A model generated the notes under the pieces. The model did no database searches. It had not been told where the DNA came from and saw only the letters and a list, made by a program, of their open reading frames with translations. Positions 50,481-64,000 of a stretch of 64,000 nt of DNA are shown here, piece by piece (within the stretch, counting starts at the first letter, position 1; each line of letters opens with the position of its first letter). Position numbers and translations under genes: made by a program. The DNA is from Squalus acanthias (taxonomy: Eukaryota): assembly GCA_030390025.1 (NCBI GenBank), contig CM059425.1:173664001-173728000 (forward strand). Direction: 5' to 3'.

Positions 50481-53400
50481 TAAGAACATAAGAAATAGGA
50501 ATAGGAGAAGGCTATTTGGCTCTTCGAGCCTGCTCCGCCATTCAATAAGATCATGGCTGATCTTCTACCTCATCTCCACTTTCCTGCACTATCCCCAGAT
50601 CCCTTGATTCCCTTAATATTCAAAAATCTATTGATCTCTGTCTTGAATATACTCAACGACTGAGCCTCCACAGCCCTTTGGGGTAGAGAATTCCAAAGAT
50701 TCACCACCCTCTGAGTGAAGAAATTTCTCCTCATCTCAGTCCTAAATGGCTGACCCCTTATTCTGAGACTGTGACCTCTGGTTCTAGACTCCCCAGCCAG
50801 GGGAAACATCCTCCTTGCATCTACCCTGTCAAGCCCTGTAAGAATTTTGTATATTTCAATGAGATCACCTCTCATTCTTCCAAACTCTAGAGAATATAGG
50901 CCTAGTCTACTCAATCTCTCCTCATAGGACCATCCCCCCCATCCCAGGAACCAGTCTGGTGAACCTTCGTTGAACTCCCTCTATGGCAAGTATATCCTTC
51001 CTTAGGTAAGGAAACCAAAACTGTACACAATACTCCAGGTGTGGTCTCACCAGGGCCCTATATAATAGCAGTAAGACGTCTTTACTCTTATACTCAAATC
51101 CTCTTGTAATAAAGGCCAACATACCATTTGCTTTCCTAATTGCTTGCTGTACCGGCATGTTAACTTTCAGTGATGTGTGTACAAGGACAGCCAGGTCCCT
51201 CCTGAACACCAACATTTCCCAATCTCTCACCATTTAAAAAATACTCTGCTTTTCTATTTTTCCTACCAAAGTGGATAACTTCATATTTCTCCACATTATA
51301 TTCCATTTGCCATGTTCTTGCCCACTCACTTAGCCTGTCTATATCCCCTTGAAGCCTCCTTGCATCTTCCTCGCAACTTACATTCCCACCCAACTTTGTA
51401 TCATCAGCAAACTTGGATATATTACATTTGGTCCCCTCATCCAAATCATTGATATAGATTGTGAATAGCTGAGGCCCAAGCACTGATCCGTGCAGTACCC
51501 CACTAGTTACCACTTGCCAACCCAAAATTGACCCGTTTATTCCTACTCTCTCTCTTCTGTCCGTTAACCAATCCTTAATCCATGCTAGTATATTATCCCC
51601 AATCCCATGAGCCCTAATTTTGTTTAATAACCTCTTGTGTGGCACCTTATCGAATGCCTTCTGAAAATCCAAATACACCACATCTGCTGGTTCCCCCTTA
51701 TCTATTCTGCTAGTTACAACCTCAAAAAATTCTAACAGATTTGTCAAACACGATTTCCCTTTCATAAATCCGTGTTGACTCTGCCCAATCCTATTATTAT
51801 TTTCTAAGTGCCCTGTTACCACGTCCTTAATAATAGATTCTAGCACCCTACTACTGATGTCAGGCTAACTGGTCTGTAGTTCCCCGTTTTCTCTCTCCCT
51901 CCTTTCTTAAATACAGTAAACTCTCGTTTAAACGGCACCTAATTATCCGGAATTCTCTAATAACCGGCAAAATTCAGGAGTAGGTTCAGGAACCCAAAGG
52001 TAAGTTTTACTGTATATTTGTGGCTGTGTAACCGGGGTTCTCGTACCTTTTGCCGTGTAACCATGGCTCCTGCACCTCTGGTTGTGTAACTGGGACTCCT
52101 GCACATGTGGCCATGTAACCAAGGCTCCTGCACAAGTGGCCGTGTAACAGGGACTCCTGGATCTGTGGCCGTGTAACCGGGGCTCCAGTACCTGTGGCTG
52201 TGTAACAGGGGCTCCTGCACCTGTGGCCGTGTAACCGGGGTTCCTGCACCTGTGGCTGTGTAACGGGGCTCTCGTACCTTGGTAGGTATACCTCTCCGTT
52301 ATCCGGAATTTTTAATCAACCGGCACCATCCTGGTCCCGTAGGTGCCAGATACGAAAGAGTTTACTGTAGTGAGGTTACATTTGTCACCTTCCAATCCGC
52401 AGGAACCGTTCTAGAATCTATGGAATTTTGGAAAATGACAACCAATGCATCCACTATCTCGATAGCCACCTCTTTCAAAACCCTAGGATGTAGGCCATCA
52501 GGTCCTGGGGATTTATTGGCTTTCAGTCCCATTAATTTCTCCAGTACTAATTTTTACTAATACTAATTTCTTTCAGTTCCTCAGTCTTGATAGAGCCTTA
52601 GTTCACCACTATTTCTGGGAAGTTTTTTGCGTCTTCTTCCGTGAAGACAGACACAAAGTATTTGTTTAATTTCTCTCTCTGCCATTTCCTTATTCCCCAT
52701 TATAATTTATCCTGTCTCAGCCCGTAAGGGACCCACATTTACTTTCGCTAATCTTTTCCTTTTTACATACCTATAGAAGCTTTTAGTCTTTTTATGTATC
52801 TCACTAGTTTACTCTCATTCTATTTTCCCTTTATCAATTTCTTGGTCCTGCTTTGCTGAATTCTAAAATCCTCCCAATCCTCAGGCCTACTACTCTTTTG
52901 GCAACATTATAAGCCTCTTCCTTTGATCTAATACTCTCTTTAACTTCTCTTGTTAGCCACAGTTAGACCACTTTTCCTGTGGGGTTTTTGTGCCTTAAAG
53001 GAATGTATATTTGTTGTAAATTATGTATTAATTCTTTAAATTATGTATTAATTGCTTGTCTACCATCATACCTTTTAATGTAGTTTCCCAATCTACCTTA
53101 GCCAACTCGCCCCTCATACCTACGTAGTTTGCTTTGTTTAGATTTAAGACCCTAGTTTCGGATTTAACCAAATCACTTTCAAACTCAATATAAAATGTTA
53201 TCATAATATGGTCACTCTTCCCTAAAGGCCCCTTTACTATGAGGTTATTAATTAACCCTTTTTCATTGCACAATACCAGACCTAAAATAATGGCCTGTTC
53301 CCTAATTGGTTCCTCAACATACTGATCTAGAAAACTGTCTTGCATACATTCCATGAATTCATCCTCCACACTATGACTGCAAATTTGCTCTGCCCAGTCT

Positions 53401-53948
53401 ATATGTAGATTAAAGTCCCCCATGATTACTGTGTTACCCTTGTTACATGTGCCTCTAATTTCCTGATTTATATTTTCCCCCAATACTACTGTTTGGGGGC
53501 CTATAAACAACTCCCACCAATGTTTTCTGCCCCGTGCTGTTTCTTAGCTCCACCCAAACTGATTCTACTTCTTCATTTTCAGAGCTAAGATCCTTTCTCT
53601 CTACTGTCTTTATCCCATCCTTTATTATCAGGGTTACCCTTCCTCCTTTTCCATTTTGCCTATCTCTTCTAAAAGTTAAGTATCCTGGAATATTTAGTCC
53701 CCAACCTTGGCCACTTTGCAATCACGTCTCCGTTATGGCTATTAGATCAAACCTGTTAATTTCTATCCGCTATTAATTCATCTATTTTGTTGCGAATGCT
53801 TCGCACTTTCAGATATAGTGCCTTTAGCTTTAACTTATTTCTATTTTTCCCTGATGTCGCCTTAGTCACTGATGCCTTATTACCTTTGTTATTCTCTTTG
53901 TCCCTTCCTGACCCACTCTGCTTATTTTTACCCAAAACTCTACTCTGC
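50481..53948 (-). mobile_element. CR1 element B, near-complete ORF2 (APE endonuclease plus RT), frameshifted
   Basis: GVVYRPP, MGDFN, LGKSDH endonuclease motifs; 228-aa RT ORF 51160-51846; 3' tail at 50481. Confidence 0.93.
51914..52367. mobile_element. Tigger/pogo-like MITE with nine 29-bp internal tandem repeats
   Basis: termini cagtaaactct / agagtttactg; TA duplication at 51912-51913 and 52368-52369; homologous to 34997-35361. Confidence 0.9.
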
Positions 53949-55678
53949 AGTAGGGATAATGGGTAGGTACTCAAATTGGCAGGAGATGACTAGTGGTATC
54001 CCGCAGGGATCTATGTTAGGGCCTGAACTATTTACAGTATTTATTAACAACTTAGATGATGGCATAGAAAGTCATATATCCAATATCTGGGGACTTGTGG
54101 CAAAATTGGGAGAGCTGTCCCACAGACTAGTCAAGCAACAGCCATATAGTCATACTCACAGAATCATACCTTTCAGCCAATGTCCCAAACTCCTCCATCA
54201 CCATCCCTGGGTATGTCCTGTCCCACCGGCAGGACAGGCCCACCAGGGGTGGCGGCACAGTGGTATACAGTCGGGAAGGAGTTGCCCTGGGAGTCCTCAA
54301 CATTGACTTTGGACCCCATGAAGTCTCATGGCTTCAGGTCAAGCATGGGCAAGGAAACCTCCTGCTGATTACCACCTACCGCCCTCCCTCAGCTGATGAA
54401 TCAGTACTCCTCCATGTTGAACACCACTTGGAAGAAGCACTGAGAGTAGCAAGGGCTTCAGTGTCCATCACCAAGAGTGGCTCGGTAGCACCACTACTGA
54501 CCGAGCTGGCCGAGTCCTGAAGGACATAGCTGGCAGTCTGGGCCTGCGACAGGTGGTGAGAGAACCAACACGAGGGAAAAACCTACTTGATCTCATCCTC
54601 ACCAATCTACCTGCTGCAGATTCATCTGTCCATGACAGTATTGGTAGCAGTGACCACCGCACAGTCATTGTGGAGACGAAGTCCCGTCTTCACACTGAGG
54701 ACACCCTCCATCGTGTTGTGTGGCACTACCCCCGTGCTAAATGGGATAGATTCAGAACAGATCTAGCAGTTCAAAACTGGGCATCATGAGGCGCTGTGGG
54801 CCATCAGCAGCAGCAGAATTGTGTTCCACCACAATCTGTAACCCATGGCCTGGCATATCCCTCACTCTACCATTACCATCAAGCCAGGGGACCAACCCTG
54901 GTTCAATAAGCAGTGTAGAAGAGCATGCCAGGAGCAGCACCAGGCATACCTAAAAATGAGGTGCCAACCCGGAGAAGCTGCAACACAGGACTACATGCAT
55001 GCTAAAAAGCGGAAGCAGCATGCTATAGACAGGGCTGAGCCATCCCACAATCAACGGATCAGATCAAAGCTTTGCAGTTCTGCCACATCCAGTCGCGAAT
55101 GGTGGTGGACCATTGAACAATTAACGGGAGGAGGATGCTCCATGAATATCCCCATCCTCAATGATGGTGCAGCCCAACACATGAGTGCAAAAGACAAGGC
55201 TGAAGCGTTTGCAATCATCTTCAACAGAAGTGCCGAGTGGATGATCCATATCGGCCTCCTCCTGAGGTCCCCACCATCACAGAAGCCAGTCTTCAGCCAA
55301 TTTGATTCACTCCGTGATATCAAGAAACAGCTGAGCGCACTGGATACAACAAAGACTATGGCCACCGACAACATCCCGGCTCTTGTGCTGAAGACTTGTG
55401 CTCCAGAACTAGCCGTGCCTTGAGCCAAGCTTTTCCAGTACAGCTACAACAGTGGCATCTATCCGACAATGTGGAAAACTGCCCAGGTATGTCCTGTCCA
55501 CAAAAAGCAGGACAAATCCAATCCAGCTAATTACTGTCCCATCAGTCTACTCTCAATCGTCAGCAAAGTAATGGAAGGTGTCATCGACAGTGCTATCAAG
55601 TGGTACTTATTCACCAATAACCTGCTCACTGATGCCCAGTTTGGGTTCCGCCAAGAAGCGTTTGCAACCATCTTCAGC

Positions 55679-58830
<3,152 letters not shown>

Positions 58831-61288
58831 CCAAGACCACTCGGCTCCCGACCTCATTACAGCCTTGGTCCAAACATGGAGAAAGGAGCTGAATTCCCGA
58901 GGTGAGGTGAGAGGGACTGCCCTTGACATCAAGGCAGCATTTGACCGAGTGTGGCATCAAGGAGCCCTAGTAAAACTGAAGTCAATAGGAATCGGGGAGA
59001 AAACTCTGCACTGGCTGGAGTTACACCTAGCACAAAGGAAGATGGTTGTGGTTGAAGGTCAATCATCACAGCCCCAGGACATCGCAGCAGGAGTTCTTTA
59101 GGGCAGTGTCCTAGGCCGAACCATCTTCAGCTGCTTAATCAGTGACCTTCCCTCCAACATAAGATCAGAAATGGGATGTTGGCTGATGACTGCACAGTGT
59201 TCAGTGCCATTCACAACTCCTCAAATAATGAAGTAGTCCATGCCCGCAATCAACAAGACGTGGACGACGTTCAGGCTCGAGCTGATAAGTGGCAGGTAAC
59301 AACTATCTCCAACAAGCGAGAGTCTAACCACCTTGACATTCAACGGCATTACCATCGCCGAATCCCCCACCACCAACATCCTGGGGGGTCACCATTGACC
59401 AGAAACTTAACTGGACCAGCCACACACACACTGTGACAACAAGAGCAGGTCAGAGGCTAGGTATTATGTGGCGAGTGCCTCACCTCCTGACTCCCCAAAG
59501 CCTTTCTACCATCTACAAGGCACAAGTAAGGAGTGTGATGGAATACTCTCCACTTGCCTGGATGAGTGCAGCTCCAACAACACTCAGGAAGCTTGACACC
59601 ATCCAGGACAAAGCAGCCCGCTTGATTGGCACCCCATCCACCACCTTAAACATTTACTCCCTCCACCACTGGCGTACGGCTGCAGTGTGTATCATCTACA
59701 AGATACACTGCAGCAACTCGCCAAGGCTTCTTCGGCAGCACCTCCCAAACCCGCTACCTCTTCTACCTAGAAGGACAAGGGCAGCAGGCGCATGGGAACA
59801 CCACCAGCTCCAAGTTCCCATCCAAGTCACACACCATCCGGACTTGGAAGTATATCGCCGTTCCTTCATTGTCGCTGGGTCAAAATCCTGGAACTCCCTC
59901 CCTAACAGCACTGTGGGCGTACCTTCACCACACGGACTGCAACGGTTCAAGAAGGCGGCTCACCACCACCTTCTCAAGGGCAACTAGGGATGGGCAATAA
60001 ATGCTGGCATTGCCAGAGACGCCCACATCCCATGAACGAATATTAAAAAAAAAAAAAAAAATTTGCCAATGACACAAAGATAGGTGGAATTGTGGGCAGT
60101 GTAGGTGGAAACATAAAATTACAAAGGGATATCGACAGAGTATGTGAATGGGCAAAACTGGCAAATGGGTTTCAAATGTAGGCAAATGTGAGGTCATCCA
60201 CTTTGGAGCTAAAAGAACAGTGTACTTTCTAAATGGTGAAAGGCTAAAAACAGTGGCGGTCCAAAGAGACTTGGGGTCCAGGTATATAGATCATTAAAAT
60301 GTCATGAACAAGTACAGAAAATAATCAAAAAGGCTAATGGGATGCTGGCCTTTATATCTAGAGGACTAGAATACAAGTGGGTAGAAGTTATGCTGCAGCA
60401 GCTATACAAAACCCTGGTTAGACCACACCTGGAGTACTGTGAGCAGTTCTGGGCACCACACCTTAGGAAGGATATATTGACCTTGGAGGGAGTGCAGCGT
60501 AGGTATAGCAGAATAATACCCGGTTTCCAAGGGTTAAATTACGAGGAGAGATTACACAAATTAGGGTTGTATTCCCTAGAATTTAGAAGGTTTAAGGGGT
60601 GATCTGATCGAAGTTTTCCAGATATTATGGGGAACAGAGAGGGTAGATAGAGAGAAACTATTTCCGCTGGTTGAGGATTCTTGGACTCGGGGTCATAGTC
60701 TAAAAATTAGTGCCAAATCTTTCAGGAGTGAAATTAGGAAACACTTTTACACACAAAGGGTGCTAGATGTTTGGAACTCTTCCACAAACGGCAATTGATG
60801 CTAGATCAATTGTTAATTTTAAATCGGCGATTGATAGCTTTTTGTTAACCAAAGGTATTAAGGAATATGGGCCAAAGGTGGGTATATGGAGTTAGGTCGC
60901 AGATCAGCTATGATCTCATTGAATGGCAGAGCAGGCTCGAGGGGCTGAATAGTCTACTCCTGTTCCTATGTTCTGTAACAACTCCTATCTTTGCTGGGGG
61001 ATTCTGCTAGCTTTACTAACATTCTAGTTCATAAATTATTGCAAAATAACAGCAGAGCTACATGGGACGAATAGCCTCCTACATCTGTATTTCTCGGTGT
61101 GTGTGATTCTCCGCGTTTAGCTGGTTCTGCAGTAGAAATCCAGTTGCAGGTGATATTTTTGCAGCAGCATCTGTGTTTTGGAATTCAAAAATGACTATTA
61201 TCTTGGCTTTTATGAATAATTGTAACCAAATGCATTTTCAAACTAATCTTTCAAAGGAAATGAGCATTTTTTTTCCAATTTCCTGCAG

Positions 61289-61476
61289 ATGACCATGCAG
61301 TTAAACTTCTGAAAGGAATGGGACCATCGAATATTGACGTTGAGCTGAGGGGCTTGGCCCCAGAAGGAGGCGGTTCTTTGGATGTGATGCAGAGCTTTCT
61401 GCAAATGATCAGCTACTTGCTTGGTACCAAGTGTGATTTTGAGTTGGCTCAGGCCTACCTGGCATTGTTCCTAAAG
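61289..61476 (+). CDS. WDR36: WDR36 exon 13 in window (probably penultimate): (Y)DHAVKLLKGMGPSNIDVELRGLAPEGGGSLDVMQSFLQMISYLLGTKCDFELAQAYLALFLK
   Basis: cctgcag|AT acceptor, AAG|gtaatt donor; 188 nt, phase 1/0; DFELAQAYLALFLK motif. Confidence 0.96.
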
Positions 61477-63039
61477 GTAATTAGAGTTGTCCAAGTTGGA
61501 AGCAGAAAAGTTCTCTTTCATTTTGCATCTTCCACACACTAGGAGTATAATCCAGCATTTCTTGGAAAGCCACACGCTGAGCATGCACATGAAAGGGTCA
61601 TTATGATGTTGCAGCAGGTAGTTTCCAGCTTCTATTTTGTATAAAGCCCCAGGATCTGAGCCTGTTCATTTTTCTCCAGGAAAATTCTTTACTGCTCACA
61701 TTGGGCCTCTTATTGCCAAAATCTAGGCTGAAAGTCTCCAGCTTTTAAAAAGAATAGGTTCAATTACATAAGCAGCATATTGGTGTGTGTAGGATGCATT
61801 ACATTTGAGTAATGAAGATGACCTATCCCAATAGGTAATCTACCTTTTACTCTACAAGTGTTCAAAGATTCTCCATCATCATTTGTACCTGTTGTAAATA
61901 TTTAAATTTTTATAATTCACACTGTGGGATATATAATTTACTAGTTGGATATTAACTTGAAGTCATTTGAATAACTTTGGAACTTGATGCAGTTGATATT
62001 ACCATTGCCCATGGGGCTAACTGGACTGGCAGTAACACACAGGTGACTGTTGTATAGAGGTGAAGTATCTGAAATACAATCATATTTTAATGAAAAAGCA
62101 ATCATGTAAAAAAAGTTATTGAATCCAGTTAATATTTACAGTAACTTTAGTTTAATTTTAGCATCATAACTTGAATATTTTCAAAAGAATCTTATTGACC
62201 CGCCTGTGACCGAGCCATTGTACCTGTATTTGTGTGAATGAAATGAGATGAAAGTATCATAACTGTTGTCAGCATTTCACTTGCACCCTTCTCCATTGTC
62301 ACTTCTTTGAGTGATTTAATCATATGATCGCAGCTTGCATCGGAAACAGGCATTGCTTTCAAACACTGACCTATAGAATCATAGAAATTTACGGCACAGA
62401 AGGAGGCCATTTGTCCCATTCTTTCTCTGATTTGTTGTCGGCATACTACATTGATGGTTATCCACAAGGCATTTTCCCAAACCATGGATTACTTTCAAAG
62501 CCCATGGACTAATATGCTGATTAACAGCACCCTGGTGGCTTCATGTGCCAATTCCAACAGTTTGTCTGCCATCCTTCACGGCCCTGTCATCAACTGGGAA
62601 TCCAGACCACTGAAGTATTTGATGATCTCTGATTTGATTTGATCAAGTGCTTTTATTCATTGAATGCAGCAAGCTTTTCAGCACATATGGGAAAACTGCC
62701 ACTTGTATCGATCTTGGACAGTAGTGACCATGAACAGGAATCTTCTGTAGGCACCGTCACACATTTTATGATGTCTTTTTCTTGTGGCTAAGGTTTTGAA
62801 GTTCTATTCAGTGAGAAGATATTGACTGTGATATTCCAATGTTTTAAGTATCTCTGTTGCAAGGCAGCAGCTAGAATTGTAAATGAGGGAACTTTGTATT
62901 TCTTTCTAACCACTTTTCTATCAAGCTTCTTCAACCATAAACGTATTCAGTCATTTGTTTGTGAAGTAGGTCACTGGAAACTTCTTTGGCCAAGTTTTTG
63001 AAGCAGCAAGAATTCTTGTGTTCTCCAATGACAAACGGT

Positions 63040-64000
63040 GTTTTATGAGATATACTGCCTGCTCCCTTGATCTCCTTCCTGCTCAACTACTCTTGGTCAT
63101 CATGCTTGACTTGCATTATAAATGGCTCTTTTGGTCAAGCACCATCCTTCCCCCTTTTTAAAATTGCCATCATCAAAAAGCGTGCCTTTGACCCATCCAT
63201 CTTCTGCAGATCCTTGAATGTGTCAGTGCCTTCCAGCTCCATACCCATCTATCCTGAAACTGCCTGTTCTAATACCTTTTGCCTTGCTAAGCACCGAGAC
63301 CACCTTGGCCAAAGTCACGTGACCTATGTGACTGACTAAGGTGCATTTGTCCTCCCTGACCCCTCTAGCATTCAATGTGCATGACTACACCATACTCCAT
63401 CACCTCTCTATTGTCCGGCTTCATGGGACTGCCCTCATATGGTTCCATTCCTACCTCTTGAAAAGCATCCAGCGCATATGCAGCAATAACTTCTCTTCCT
63501 GTCTTCATACCATCACTTATGTAGTTTCCAAGGATTTATCCTTGACTTCCTTCTCTTTATCTACATGCTGACACTCCAAGTTTAGCAATTCGTCGCCAGA
63601 TCTGACTGGACCACATTGAGCACTGTCGGGCCATGCTCGCCTCTTCCAAAACTGCTCACTACTCCAGGATCATCCTGGAATGCAGATACGCCCGGTTTAT
63701 TTTCTTCACTACCAACAGTCTCCTTATACCTCTCTCCTCTGCCCCCCCCCCCACCCCCATCTTCACCTCCAAAAAGTGTGAGGAGTTCATGGACTTCTTT
63801 ATCAATAAGATTGAGGCTATTCGTTCAGCTGCCTCTGCCGCATCGCTCCCTTCTCTCTTGCCCACCAAGCCGAGTTTCCCCCTGAACACGAATCTTTCTG
63901 TAGTTTCTCTCCAATCTCCTGATTTGCCCTCTCCGAGCTCACCTTGTCCATGGGACTAACCACCTGCTCTCTTGACTATTCCCACTAAACTTTTGACCAC
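63040..64000 (+). mobile_element. L2 LINE fragments (two pieces), running off the window
   Basis: GTAL.WF.SYL; KTAHYSRIILEC, KCEEFMDFF..KIE.IRS motifs. Confidence 0.75.

Noticed and set aside
52019..52278. CRISPR-like array of 29-bp repeats
   Set aside because: Units are contiguous without unique spacers, lie inside a TA-flanked MITE, and there are no cas genes; eukaryotic context
61477..64000. Final WDR36 exon
   Set aside because: No acceptor followed by the expected C-terminal peptide was found; presumably beyond the window

Overview
Eukaryotic (vertebrate) genomic DNA. The repeat content (abundant CR1 and L2 LINEs, DeuSINE-type SINEs, Penelope relics, Harbinger elements) is most consistent with a cartilaginous fish such as a shark; this is inference. 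The window holds 13 consecutive internal coding exons of WDR36 (Utp21, small-subunit processome WD40 protein) on the + strand, from 6201 to 61476. All have GT-AG boundaries with mutually compatible phases and total 1517 coding nt; the earlier exons and the final exon appear to lie outside the window. The introns are filled with decayed and nested transposable elements, and nearly all ORFs in the supplied track are TE fragments or spurious. The most notable structures are: (1) a TIR-bounded PIF/Harbinger element that kept its spliced Myb/SANT gene but whose transposase appears internally deleted; (2) a 59-bp duplicated site, each copy followed by a different Harbinger-type MITE; (3) Penelope-derived hairpin insertions carrying minimal hammerhead-ribozyme-like motifs between 14-16 bp direct repeats; (4) a Tigger-like MITE family with a variable 29-bp internal array; (5) an 11-kb nest of four LINEs whose insertion order can be reconstructed. 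I found no convincing wholly new system; these are locus-specific variants of known TE biology. Repeat boundaries are approximate unless a TIR or TSD is quoted.
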